Origin: Octopus sinensis
Lineage: Eukaryota
Assembly (NCBI RefSeq): GCF_006345805.1
Contig: NC_043005.1
Coordinates: 49,104,001-49,168,000 of the forward strand
Length of the DNA stretch: 64,000 nt
Direction: 5' to 3'
The notes under the pieces are model-generated. The model ran no database searches, was not told the DNA's origin, and saw only the letters and a program-made list of their open reading frames with translations. Made by a program: the position numbers and the translations under genes. Shown here piece by piece: positions 27,921-41,578 of the stretch. Positions within the stretch are counted from its first letter, which is position 1. Every line of letters begins with the position of its first letter.

Positions 27921-28440
27921 CTAGGAATGAATAAATGAGAATACATTCAGAATGTATAGTGGGTCTTTGCATTGATGCAGCTCAAAAATGAAAACCATAA
28001 TTAAATCATTGAATTTTTTCAAAGTAAAAATTAAACCAAAATTCATTAGAATACATCAACTCGTTCAATACAATTGGCTCATAAGCAGTGTTGTTTATAT
28101 TCCTGAGTGAGTTGGAAGTGAGAATCTATGTAGTTGTTCAGTTTACTAGAAATAGCAACCAAATCTCACTTAAGCACACCCTACAGTCTTAAACAAAGAA
28201 GGATATCTTGAAGTGCTTGGTATACAGAAAAACACAAGATAGCCCTGATTAGACCACTTTTGCTCAATTAGGCCTATACAAAAATATTCCCATAGATAAT
28301 CATAAAAACATGAAATCGTTAATAAATGAAGGCTACCATTTGAAAAAGTTTGTCTTAAATCTGACATCCATTCTTACTGTTAGAATGGCTTTTAAAATGG
28401 TTATTAATAAAGAACAAAAGTTAAGATTCACGTATACTAC

Positions 28441-28496
28441 CTGCAAATAATCTTCCAGCCAAATGATAGCTTTCATATCCAACATGTTTGTAGGTT
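28441..28496 (-). CDS. ABCF3: ABCF3 exon 11 (EPTNMLDMKAIIWLEDYLQ)
   Basis: ttacag acceptor and GTAGTA donor; phases 1 to 0. Confidence 0.95.
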
Positions 28497-29592
28497 CTGT
28501 AAAGTAAGATATAAAACGTTTAGAACTTAAACAACACAGAAATAGACAAGTTACTATATAAATACATTAATCTGTTCTAATTGCTTGTTTATCAGAGTTT
28601 TGGAGGCCATAGTTGGGGAGAGGATCCCATCCAAATGTTTATCCACTTTTGTGCAATGTCCACTTGTTTTATTGATATGACAAAAACATATTGCTCCCAT
28701 CGTCATATCACCCCACTCTGACACCTGAAGCTTGCCACTGTTAGTTATCACTTGAAGGACCTATTTCTGCCACGAGGAGAAAAGCTGCTATTAGGTGGAA
28801 TTTAAACTCAGATGACAAAGACCCAGAAGACATACTGCAACACAAAATAATTCTGTTTTGGAGTTACTGCTCTCTAAGACATGTCAGAGACATCTTACTC
28901 ATGTATTGCAATTTGGCATGGTTTTTGATGGCTGGATGCATTTTCTAACAGCTATCATTTTTCATTGCATTTCATTGAAGCACCATCACTAAAGAGGTTG
29001 CCATGTCCTTGGCAAGACTAAAGAATCCTATTAACTTAATGTTCGTTCAACAACCACTTTACTGGGTGCATTTTATCATAGCAACCAATACTAGTGAGAG
29101 TGCCTTGTCTCCTGCAAGATTTCTAATTAACATAAAATATTTTGGGCTGATTGCCAACATGCCATTTTAACACCTGTTACACTTCATATAATACAGAAAA
29201 AAGAACATCATTATCATCGTCACCATTTCACATCCATTTTCTGTGATGGCATGGGCTGAATGGTTTGACGGGAGCTGGCAAACCAGAGGACAGCGCAAAG
29301 CTCTACTGTCTGCTTTGGAATGGTTTCTACAGCTGGCTGCCTTTCCTAATGCCAACCACTTTACAGAGAGTACTGGGTGCTTTTTACATGGCAACAGCAC
29401 TAGGAAGTCACTAGTCCCCTCAACTTAGTGGGGAAATGGTATTGAGGGAGGTGACTTTATGCCAAGTGATGAGAGGTTAAAAAGGATGATAGAAGCAGAA
29501 ATCGGTGACTTGCTGTAGAGGAGATACATGGCTACCTCAACATAACAAAAGACATAAAATGAGGAACAAAGTTAAAATAAACTGAAACATAC

Positions 29593-29615
29593 CGTCAAGC
29601 AACAATAAATCAGGC
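29593..29615 (-). CDS. ABCF3: ABCF3 exon 10, 23-nt microexon (PDLLLLD)
   Basis: tttttctag acceptor and GTATGT donor; supplies the Walker B residues and the phase 2 to 1 shift needed between exons 9 and 11. Confidence 0.93.
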
Positions 29616-31152
29616 CTAGAAAAAATATAAACAATAAATTAGTCTTCAGAATATAAAAAATTTTCTTTTTAAATGCTCTTTTAAAAAATGAAATAAAGCA
29701 ATGGCAAAAAAACACATTTTAACCCTTTTAACAACATGCCACTGGTTCTATAATAAGGGTCTTATTAAATATTAACCCTTTCATTACTGTATTTATTTTG
29801 AGATGCTCTGTTTCTTTCAATTATTTTAAATATAACAAAGAATTTAGTAAAATAACTTACTTATTATTGAGCTGGTGTTAGGAACATAAACTGTGACTAA
29901 GGTTCGGTGGAAGATTTTAATTCAAAACTTATGAAAACAAGACGTTTATACTACAGAGCTGGGTTGGTAACAAAAGGGTTAAATTTCCTTCATAGTCTTA
30001 CCATATTTTCTGGCACACAAGTTGAATTTTTCAGAGCAAAATTTACTGCCAAAAATGTAGGTTGACCAAGATAATTTTGGAGGACCAAAAATTCCATGCA
30101 AAATGCAGCATAATTTGGAAAGAAAGTGATGCTGTCTGAATATTTACACAATATGTTATGTCAACTTGTATACCAGAAAATACAACATGCAAGAACCTTT
30201 TGTTACATTATATTCCAAATAGCAGCTTAATAATGGAAATGTTTGTTATTTTATTAAATCCTTCCAGATTATTGATTGTTTACAAAATTAACTGAAATGT
30301 AGTTTCTTACATTAGAATTACTTGAAATATAAAGTGTAGATAACAGGTAATTGGAATATAGTTAAATATGATTTACATAAAAATTGTATTCAACTTTTGT
30401 GAAATGATAACAACTCTTTAATTGTATTCGTTCATGAAATGAATACAATTAAAGAGTTGTTCCCAAAGAGATTTACCAAAAAAAAAAATCAATACCTCAC
30501 ATGATTATTAAAACACTATTATTATCAAATTTTATTATTTCTCAAAAATTCATATTAAAACCATGAATATTTATTGTCTATCATTTTCTATCTTTATTTC
30601 TAATCTTTATCTTATTCTAGTCTCTAATTTCTCAATTCACATTTAACAAATTTTTTGACTCAGCAGAAGAATCTATTCCTTCAGACAGTTCAGAAAGTAG
30701 AATAAAAATTCAAACTGCTTTTGCTTGTTATTTCCTAGAAATTGCATAGAATATAAACTTATCAGCATTATTTTTGTGTCTTGTTTTTCCATGCTGGCAT
30801 GAGTCAAATGTGACACTTTTTATGACCTGATCCCTTCCTGATGTCAGTTCTTTTAATTGCCTCTAACAATGTGCAAAGATACAGTGTGATGTGTCGACAA
30901 GAACATGGAAGCAGAGACGACAACTCTAGTGTTAGTTGCTTGGATATCTAAGGAGCTCCCTAGCAGAAAAATGGTATAAAAGGTGCTAGGAACTGACAGT
31001 AAGAGCTATCATGGAGCAAAACTAAGGAGAAATAAGAGTTGCATTAAAATTCTAACATGCAGCCCTTGCATTTAAACTGACTTAAGAACACAAACAGTGT
31101 ATCTATTCTAAAAGCATAAGGAATGAAATAATTACAAAAATATCAAACTTAC

Positions 31153-31209
31153 TTTGAGAACAGAGCTCTAGCAAGAGCTAATCTCATTCGCCAACCACCA
31201 GAGAATTCT
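31153..31209 (-). CDS. ABCF3: ABCF3 exon 9 (ABC signature EFSGGWRMRLALARALFS)
   Basis: ttgtag acceptor and GTAAGT donor; phase 2-2. Confidence 0.96.
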
Positions 31210-31837
31210 CTACAAAGGAAAAATTTTTTAAATCATATATATTTTTCTTGCAATTTATCATCATTTAATGTCTGTCTTCCATACTGGCATGGGTTGGACA
31301 GATTGACAGAAGCCAGCCAGGTAGAAGACTACACCAGACTACTGTATCTGTTTTGGTATGGTTTTTATGGCTGGACATCCTTCCTAATGCCAACCACTCC
31401 ATAGAGTGGACTGAGTGTTTTTTACATGGCACCAGCAGAGGCAGGGACAGTTTTGGCATGGTTTTAAATAATATATCATTTCAGACCAGTTCCAATAAAC
31501 CAACAGAACATTAGCTGTACTCTATCAATCAATTTTATCTACAGCAACAATTTTTAATACATATCAGAATTTATTTAGTTATTTCAGGAATACTTTATCA
31601 AGCCCTTTGTGGAAATCCTCATCTATAACTACTGAGGAGTAAAATTAATAATTTTTAATATCATCATGGCTGTGTGGTTAAAAAGCTCACCTTGCAACCA
31701 CATGGTTTTGGGCTCAGTCCCACTGCACAGCACTTTAGTGCAAGCATCTTCTACTATAACCTCAGGCCAACCAATGCTTTGTGAGTGAATTTGGTAGATA
31801 GAAGCTATGTAGAAGACTATCATATATACAGAGAGAG

Positions 31838-31868
<31 letters not shown>

Positions 31869-32146
31869 TGTATCTTCTCCTACCACCACTTGACAACTGG
31901 TATTGGTTTGTTTACATCCCCATAACAGCAGTTCAGTAAAAAGGAGATAAAATAAGTACCAGATTTAGATAAATTAAGTACTGGAGTTGATTTTTTCAAC
32001 TAAAATCTTCAAGGTGGTGCCCCAGCATGACCAGTCAAATGACTGAACCATCATCATCATCATCATTTAATGTCCATCTTCCATGCTGGCACAGGTGGAA
32101 AAAGATAAAAGATATATTTAAGGGAAAGCTTTTCCCTCATACAAAC

Positions 32147-32293
32147 CTTGTGTGCATTCCCTGCATCTTTGGTGTGAATCCTAAACCAGCTAAAATAACA
32201 GCAGCTTTTGCTGGTGCTTTGTCTGCATCAATTGCTTCTAACTGGTGATAAATTTCACTTAGTCGAGCTGAAAGACCATCGGTGCTGTCATTC
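32147..32293 (-). CDS. ABCF3: ABCF3 exon 8 (...IDADKAPAKAAVILAGLGFTPKMQ)
   Basis: ctccag acceptor and GTTTGT donor; phase 2-2. Confidence 0.95.
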
Positions 32294-33186
32294 CTGGAGG
32301 AGAAAAATAAGATACTTGTTAAACATACAATTGATGATATGAAGCAATCTCAAGTTTACTGGTTAACCCTTTAGCATTTAAACTAGTCATATCCAGCCAA
32401 AATATTCTACTTGTTTTATGTTCAAACTGGCCAGATCCAGCCTCTCACACCTACCCAACAATGTTAGTCTAAAAAAATTTACAGTCACCTAATCAAAATC
32501 TCAAAGGTGCAAGATAGTGTATGATTAATCCAAAACAATGTGAATAAATAAGCATTACATTTGACAAATTAATCAAAATGCTAAAAGGTTTAAATAACAT
32601 TAAGTCAGAATGAAATAGGCTGTAGACTGAGAATTATTTTCATCAGATTACCATGTTTTCTGATATACAAGTCAACATTTTAAGACCAAAATTTACAGCC
32701 AAAAAAAGTAGGCTCGCTTAGACATCAAGACAACTTTAGGGGACCAAAAATTTCATGTAAAATGCAACAGGATTTAATAAGATAGCCATGATGTTTGAAA
32801 TGTGTACACTACAAGTTTACACTATATACTACGCCGACTTGTATGTTAGGAAATATGGTAATATCTTGTGTCAAGATGGTTTCAAGTATTCAAGCCAAAT
32901 CTCTCTGAATATTTTCCTAACATTTTAAAGACATTTTTTACTGAATGACAACATCATTGAACATCCACTTTTCCATACTTGCATGGATCAGATAGAATTT
33001 CATGAGGCAGATTTTCTACAGCCAGCTACCCTTCCTGTTGCCAACCCTCGCCTGTTTCCAAGTGAGATAGCATTTCTACAATTCCAGATGCATTTTTCAC
33101 AGAAGACTGAAAGCAAATAATGCTTATGTGATGGTGATGCTTGTTAAAAAAAATCACATGATGTCAAGACAAGGGTACAAACACAT

Positions 33187-33217
<31 letters not shown>

Positions 33218-34275
33218 ACAGGTTTCTTCAAGTTTCCATCAACCAAATCCACTCACAAGGCTCTGGTCAGCTCAGGGCTATAGTGAAAAACACTTGCCCA
33301 CGGTATCACACAGTGGGACTGAACCTGAGACATGGTTGGGAAGCAAGCTCTCTAGATTTGGTGCAATGATAAAATGTAGCCAGCACACTTAAAGGGATGG
33401 CATTAAGTAGAGTACCCGACCAGAGAAACCATACCAAAAACATCATCCTTATCATTGCTTAGCACCCATTTTCCAAGCTGATTCAACAGGAGTCAACAGG
33501 CCAAAGGATGCTCAAATATCTTCTTTGGTATAGCTTTTATGACAGGATGTCTCTCCTAATGCTAACCACTTCACAGAGTGTACTGTGTACTTTTCACTTG
33601 GTATTGGCCTTAGTGAGGTCCCCAAGTATCATCATCATCATTTGGTCAGGTGACTTGCTTGAGCCATTCCAACTCTTCCACACCAGATGTCATGATCAAG
33701 CAATGCAGCATTTTCATCTGGTTTGGGTTTTAGTTACATCGGTCTTTTCCAAGCTGAGCTATTTCATCTACACATGCCATGACTACAAATGATAGCAGTA
33801 GTTCACTATCTGAACTGGTTGATCCTGGATGTTGATAGTTTGTTGGCTATTCATCTGCTCAGCATTCACTGATATTCACCATTAATTCAATAAGATTAAT
33901 TTGCTGAAATAGTCCACATTGACCATGCAGCATCCCATGATTACAACACATCCTGGCTTGGGTGGTTACATGCTAGTTAACCTATAGCAGGACCCTGACA
34001 GGTGCAACTACTCAGAATAGACGTGGAAACAACAGTGGCTAAGAGGTGGTTCCTTGGAACTCTGCACAAGGACACAATGCACCATCAGAAATTGAACACA
34101 TGATCCTACAATACAGCTGTTTTAACCCCAGGAGGACGCCTGCTCCAGCTCTTTATTCAGTGCAGGGAGAGAACTCTCGACTATTTTAGTCCTGAGACCA
34201 CCTACTATATAGTTTTGACCTCTTTATGGTCATCCTTGGTGACCACTGGACATAGCAGTAATTCACTCCAGCTAG

Positions 34276-34343
<68 letters not shown>

Positions 34344-34855
34344 TGAGTGACATACAGTTACAGATTTTGCAACAAGCAAACTAGCTAGTTAAGAAAATCC
34401 CTATTAGAGATGAAGGTAGTATTTATTCTGATAAGTAGTGTTTAACACCTCCTAAACACAGGTGTTCCTTAAGAACTGACAATACTGTTGTCTTAACCTC
34501 AGGAGTATGCCTCCTTCAGCTGGCTATTCAGTGTACTCTGCACACAATGTACAATGTATATTGATTTCAAATTTTGGCACAAGGCCAGCAATTTCGGAGG
34601 AGGAGATAAGTCAATTAAATCAACCCCAGTGCTCAACTGGTACTTATTTTATTGATTCCTAAAGGATGAAAGGCAAAGTTGACCTTGGCGGAATTTGAAC
34701 ATAGAACATAAGGGATGACAAAATGTTTAACAGGTGTTACGACAGGCTTCTTTTGGGTCTTGCAAAATTACAGAGGTTTTGTTATTAGAAAGAATGAAAA
34801 CTCAAGAACTCATCTTCTACTCTGAATTACAAACAAAATAATTAGCATCACATAC

Positions 34856-35020
34856 CCTTCCTTATCCTGTAGTTGTGTGTTAATATCCCTTTCTTCTCTT
34901 AACAAGTTCTCCCGTCTTTGGTCTGATTCTAACACACTCTGTAATGCTAACGTTTCATCACCCACAACTTCTTGTTCAACATGTAAAATTGTGATGTGAG
35001 ATGGGATCTTCAGTTGACCG
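34856..35020 (-). CDS. ABCF3: ABCF3 exon 7 (GQLKIPSHITILHVEQEVVGD...)
   Basis: ttctcag acceptor and GTATGT donor; phase 2-2. Confidence 0.96.
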
Positions 35021-35200
35021 CTGAGAAAATAAAAAGGATGAAATAAAAACCATAGCACCATCAATGAAGAACAAAGCAGTTGTAGTAAATTATTTACATG
35101 TCATGACTCCAATCTTCTAAAACAAATTCTTAAAAAGAAATTTACACAAACCCATATTAACATATTATAATGATTATTGTGTCATTAGATTTAGTACATC

Positions 35201-35650
35201 AACCCTTTAGCATTTAAACTGACAATAACTGGCCAAATATTCTAACTGCTTTTAAGTTCAAACTGGACAAATTTGGCCTCTCATACCTATCCTATAATGT
35301 CATCCTAAAAATAAACAATCACATCATTGAAATTTCAAAGCTGTAAGATAATGCATGATTAACCCTTTAGTATTTAAACCGGCCATATCCGGCCAAAATA
35401 TTTAATCTGTTTTATGCTCAAACTGACCAGATCCAGGCTCTCACACCTACCCTACAATGTTATTCTACATTAAGTCATTACACCATCAAGATCTTGAAGA
35501 TATGAGATAATGCATGATTAATTCAAATCAATGGGAATCAATAGGCATTATGTTTGATTGAATAATCTGAACACTAAAGGGTTAATTCAAAACAATATGA
35601 ATTAATAAGCATTACATTTGACAGAGTAATCGGAATGCTGAAAGGATAAG
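35201..35650. mobile_element. piggyBac-type MITE family M2, nested in another M2 copy
   Basis: Inner copy 35363-35581 is flanked by TTAA and splits atgaTTAAttc of the outer copy. Other M2 copies or fragments near 15380, 15690, 16200, 21880, 23955, 24170, 32367-32589, 38340, 54463-54662 and 63200. Confidence 0.88.
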
Positions 35651-36435
35651 TGCTTTATACTAAGAATAAATATCCAGAGACAAGTTCTTTTATTAATTAG
35701 CTTAAAAGTGTTCGTTTATTTTCACAATGTACAGTAATTTACAAACACCAAAGCTGAAGTCAAACTTTACAGAAAAACTTAACACAGCAGCTAGACTTGC
35801 TAGAAACAGCTCTAGTCATACATTACAATCTCAGAAAAAAGTGAGGAGAGGGTACACTGGAAAATATAGTCTTAAATACATTATGTCTAAAGCAAACATT
35901 GGAACACTTTTTTTAACCACTTACTGGGGGAAGAATAATGCTCATGACCATTTATTTTTCAGGGCCTTTAAAACTAACAGAGAGAGGAAATTATACTCAA
36001 ACAAGAGACCTGATCTAAATGCTTATAATGGAGTGAACACTATTGAGAGTGCCCAAGGACGAAATTTATAAAAGATTACATCTACCACCCAAGAACTCTG
36101 AAAGTAAAGAATCAGAATAAACACCATAAGGTATTTCATCTAAAGCTCTAAAAATTCTGCAAATCCACAGCTCTGAACTGGATGAAAAACAAATCTGTAT
36201 AAGATATTTGAAATAAGAGCACAGGGATCTGGAAAAAATACTGCTATGTATTTTGCCCTATGCTTTAATCACAGATTTACTCTGTACTTATAACAATGCA
36301 AATTAACACATTTGGAAGCTTTTGCATATTTTGTTTAAATATCTTTTAAAATAAAGACTACATTCCAGATATATTCATACAAAACAGAAATTATATGAAT
36401 GAGGAAAAGTGTAAAACTGTCAGATTTTAACTCAC

Positions 36436-36540
36436 CTAGATATCATTTGTAACACAGTTGTCTTGCCCAATCCATTACGCCCAACAAAACCATATCGACG
36501 ACCGTATATTAAATGAATGGAAGCATCAACCAAGAGGCTC
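36436..36540 (-). CDS. ABCF3: ABCF3 exon 6 (Walker A1: YGRRYGFVGRNGLGKTT)
   Basis: ttgcag acceptor and GTGAGT donor; phase 2-2. Confidence 0.96.
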
Positions 36541-37699
36541 CTGCAAAATATAAGTATAAAAATATATCATTCAGAAATAAAACAAGTCTTTCATTGGGTA
36601 AAATAATAATATTGTGAGGAATACCACTTAGACGTTATGTATGAACAAAACGGCTTTGTTCTTTTGGAAAGAGTTGCAACAAATATCTACCATATTTGCT
36701 AGTGTGTAAGATGCACTTACACATAAGACAAAACCTCCTACATTTTTGCGGACAAAACAAATTTGATATATTTCATCACACACTTGATATCACATCCACA
36801 ATATGATCAGATCAGATACATGGTAATTTATTTGATAATTTTAAGAATAAAACAAGTGTGTCATATGCATTGGTATATATGATATTCAGCTATGGAAATT
36901 GTTATTAAACAATACTAATGGAGTTAAGAAAGTCATAAAGTGTTCATTAACAGATAGTGAAACAAGATTTTATGTAAGATATAGTAGTCAAGAAAATGAG
37001 TATTGTATTAAGTCGATTTGGTCATATTTTTCAACACTATTTTCGTTCAAACAAGTTATAAAAATATAAAACACAAAAATTTAATCTGATTATTGTACAT
37101 GTGAAAAATACATATGTACTCTACTGTACTATAAACAAAAATACAATCTAAAATCAATGTAAAAATTAATACAAATGAAATTACACATATATACAATAAA
37201 AAAATTGTTCTTGCGAAAAAAGTGCAATTGAAAATAGATTTTCATCTTCACAGTCATGTTCTTAGGTTGAGGCAGATGGTTTTTCAAGGAACATGGTGAG
37301 CTTTGTTTGAATAGTTTTCTTTTTCCATCATACATCTTACAATAACAATGCACAGCGTTCGACTTTTTGCGGTCGTAAGTGCAGATGGTCTAAGTCAAGG
37401 AAAAGTGTATATAACAATACAGGATAAAAGCTGCACTTCTTATTCTAAATATTTGACTCCACTTTTTCACTATGTTTTGAAATAATATTCGTGTCAAATG
37501 GACATCAATATATTTGTTCTCAACCTTTTGGCCTGAATTGCTTGCACAAGCATATAAGATATTCATATTTATAATAGCAAAGATTCTGATATTTTGAGTA
37601 AATTATAAACATCTTTTCTTTGCTTTAACTTCACTACATTCAATCAATTATGAACTGGGGAAAACTACACTGTAAATAAAAATAAAGTAAAATACTAAC

Positions 37700-37822
37700 T
37701 TTTCTCCATAAGACACATCAAAATTTTCAATTCGAATATCATACGATTTGTTGCTACCTGCTGCATCCATCTTTGTATCTCGTCTATTTAACTGTTGAGA
37801 TGCTGATGCTAATTCACAATTG
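37700..37822 (-). CDS. ABCF3: ABCF3 exon 5 (...GSNKSYDIRIENFDVSYGE)
   Basis: ttttag acceptor and GTTAGT donor; phase 2-2. Confidence 0.95.
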
Positions 37823-39409
37823 CTAAAAAAGAAATTTCAAAGAAAAATAAGAAAAATACATTACTTTTCATCAAATACTAAAGTGACTGCTTTGGAACAT
37901 TTATTTTGTAGTTTTCAGTTTCTTAAAATGAATAAAATCGAATATGATAATCAAGAACATTAAATATATTTCGTAAAAAAAAGCACTTAGGAATGGGCAT
38001 GGCTCTATGGTAAGAAGTTTGCTTCCAAACTGCAGGGTTTCAAGTCCAGTACCTTGGCACAGTACTCAGGTTAAGTGTCTTCTACTATAGCTTCAGGCTG
38101 ACCAAAGCCTTGTGAGTGAATTTGGTAGATGAAAACTTAAAGAAGCCCATCATATATATATATATATATATATACATACACACACACACACATGTGCATG
38201 TGTTACTGGTAGTAAGCAAGCATAGAAAAGTGGATGATAAAGCGATGAAGATGATAATGATGAAATAATATCACTCAATAATATTCAATCAGATCCTCCT
38301 ATATTTTGAGTTTAAATTTCACCAAGGTCTTTAAACATTCCAGTATTTAAACTGGCCATATCTGGCCCATATATTCTCCATGATTTAAATTCAAACCAAC
38401 CAGATCTGGCTTCTCAAACTTAGTTGTCAATGTCATTCTAAAAATAAGCAACTATATATGTGCCAGTTGTGAAACATACCTTAAATCTCTCAACTGGCAC
38501 ACCCACTAAATACTACTCCTCCACATCCCAGGTGAGGGATTTTTGTCTTACAAGGTATTCAGTGACCCTGACAGTGCTGGTGCCACATAAAAAAATCAAC
38601 TGGTGCTGGTACCACATAAAAAGCACTGCTGATGGTACCACATGAAAAGCACTAGTGATGGTTTCATGTAAAAAGCATCAGTGCAGGTGTCATGTAAAAA
38701 GTACCCATGCTGATGCCACATAAGAGGCACCAACAACCTTACTGGTTAATCACGACACCAGAGTCATTCTGACACTAATTTTCTATATATCACTGGTGGA
38801 GAGGTAAGTGATCAAGTGTCTATCACCAACAAGACCAAGGAAGGTTGAAATCACGTGATCTGGTGGTCTCAGCACTGAAGTTGGTGGAGATTTATTTTCC
38901 GGCTAGCAATATAAAACAAGCACATATTTTGCACCAAAAGCTTGTATGAGAGTTTCTTTCATGGTATCTACTGCAGTAAAGTTTGTTCTAACTGTAAATT
39001 GGTTGGTGTTAGGAAAAAAAGTGCCATAAAATTTCTGTTTTTTTTTCTCAACAGAAATTGTGGCAGAAAATAAATCAAAAAGAGAAAACTGTGAAACATT
39101 CGTTTGATAATTATACATATATCATCGCTATCATTTTTATGTCCACTTTTTCTATGCAAACATGAGTTGAGCAAAACTTCTTGAGGCAGTACTCTTTGGC
39201 CAGATACCTTGACCTTGAGGCCAATTCACATGTGTTCAAGGAAGTGCTTTTATTCCACTGGCCTTCACATATAAAATTGCTGAGCTGCAGAGAATATACA
39301 AACGTCACCACTGCCCAAGTGATATCAACGCAAAGTGAAGACAATCTCTCTCACATACACACACACAAATGCATAACCATATAAATATGTGTGTGTGTAT
39401 GTATGTATG

Positions 39410-39471
<62 letters not shown>

Positions 39472-39561
39472 TACATAAGCATACATATATTAGTGTATAT
39501 ATGTTTATATATATGTATTTGCTTGTAAACGAAAGTTATGACAGCACGTAGTGTTGCATTA

Positions 39562-39795
39562 AATAATAAGTTGATAACGTATTGTCAATGCACAAACAAA
39601 CGAGAAACAGACACATAAGGCTGCCAGTTCCTCATCAGTTATCAGCCAGAGGATCAAACACAATTTTGTGCCTCAACGATAAAGCACAAAAATGTGTTTG
39701 ACTATCTAGCTGATAACTGATGAAGAGTTGGCAGCTTTCTGTGTCTGTTTCCTCATTTGTTTGTGCATTTATTATGTTTTTAACTTTATTATATA
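39562..39795. repeat. Long imperfect palindrome (fold-back element)
   Basis: Arms 39588-39672 and 39685-39768 are about 85% reverse-complementary by eye, around a 12-nt loop ctcaacgataaa. Confidence 0.9.
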
Positions 39796-39799
39796 TATA

Positions 39800-40310
39800 T
39801 ATTGTTGGCATCCTTTTTGTCTCGGGTGACAATGGAGTTGCGCATAAAATAATCTAGTCTGGCTTTTACATTTCATGTCCTAATACATCTCCTGTTGTGG
39901 CTATGTAGTCCTATCCTGGACAAACACTCCCTCTGGCAGGTGCCGCAAATGTAGCAAAGATTTTGCCTGGCTGGTTGTAATGTCATAGTTTCTTGTTGAC
40001 GGCTTTTCTGGTCTTTCCATTTCTCCTCTCTCCCTCCGTCATTCCTTTGTGTTCCCTCTTTGGCGGTATGTCTCCAATCTCCACGGTTGCTAATATTGAT
40101 GTCGCAGGCCTTTATGTCCCTTTTCCAAAGGCTTGTCAACTGTTTTGAGCAAGCATGTAGCAGCTTTGGCTTAGTTATCAGCCTCAAGAAGACCAACATC
40201 ATAGGTCAGGCTACATCGGACATCCCAAACATACATATTGGAGACCACAGACTACAAGAGGTGGAGAAGTTTACCTATCTTGGCTCTACCATCACCTACA
40301 ACCTATCGCT

Positions 40311-40320
<10 letters not shown>
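39800..40320. mobile_element. Rearranged BovB/RTE-1-like LINE fragment with an internal inversion
   Basis: Plus strand 40125-40315: QRLVNCFEQACSSFGLVISLKKT...FTYLGSTI. Minus strand 40124-39873: KRDIKAC...YICGTCQRECLSRIGLHSHNRRC (CCHH/C finger). Confidence 0.85.
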
Positions 40321-40356
<36 letters not shown>

Positions 40357-40833
40357 AATTTCATAATACTGGTCAATCTCAAGATATAGTAAAAAAAAAA
40401 ACATTTGTTCTTGCTGTGAGAGCAAACCCAAAACCCACAAGGTTGCAAAATGGATTCCTTAACAATACAGCCATTACTTGCACCATACGTAGTTTCTAAG
40501 GTTTCTTCTCCAGAGTTTTGATCTTTCCATACTTCAACTGTCTTCAGTTTCCCTAACCCTACATATTATAATTGATGGCATATAAGATGCACATTTTACA
40601 AAAACAAAAATCACCCAAAGTCCTATATGCAAATATGGGTCTCCCATAACTAGTAGAGTACTAGAAACTGCTAAAATTGGAGTGCCTCTTTTATGCCATT
40701 AAATAAACATATTCTTATGCTGATTAATTAAAAGACAACCAGAGCCTAAACTTAACAAAACAATAAGCATTGAAAAACAAAAAAAATATTTCATTACTTC
40801 ATCTCAAAAGTTGAGATATTCAAGATTTCTTAC

Positions 40834-40934
40834 CCATTCGTTACTTTTTTAACAGTTGTTGTTTGAGATGCTCTTTTTTCATTTTTCTTCTGAAGTTTTG
40901 CTTCAGCCTTTTCTAACTTTTTCTGGTCAACTTG
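40834..40934 (-). CDS. ABCF3: ABCF3 exon 4 (QVDQKKLEKAEAKLQKKNEKR...)
   Basis: ttgcag acceptor and GTAAGA donor; conserved KKLEKAEA motif. Confidence 0.94.
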
Positions 40935-41578
40935 CTGCAATGAAATAAGAATATTAATTTTAAAATAGAAATAGATATACAGCCCTAATCATTTTGGCAA
41001 TAACAATAATAATAATAATAGTTGTTGTCATCATCGTCGTTTTTAGTAACCACTTTTCCATACTTGTATGGTTCAGAGAAAGTTTACTGAGGCAGATTTT
41101 CTACAGCTGGATGTCCTTCCTATCACCAAACCTCACCCCACTCTGTGTTCAAGCAAGGTAACTTTCTCCATAACCAGACATGTTCCCACAGAATATTGAA
41201 AATTAATGATACTGCTTGTACGAGAGTGACACTGATTTACAACTATCATGCAATGTCAAGACAAGGAAACACAAACATACAGACACACAAATCACACAGG
41301 CTTCTTTCAGTTTCTGTCTGCCAAATCCACTCACAAGGATTTGGCCAGCCCAAGGTTATAGTATTAAACACTTGCCAAAGGTGTCATGTGGTGGGATTGA
41401 ACATGGAACCATATGTGATTGGTACACAAATTTCCTAACCACATGGCTACACCTGCACTTATAACAGCTGTACCAAACTAACTAACCCACGAACATCAAT
41501 CAAAACTTAGACCTTAATAAAAAATATGGACAATAGGTGTGGCTATGTTGTAAGAAGCTTGCTTTCCAACCACATGGT

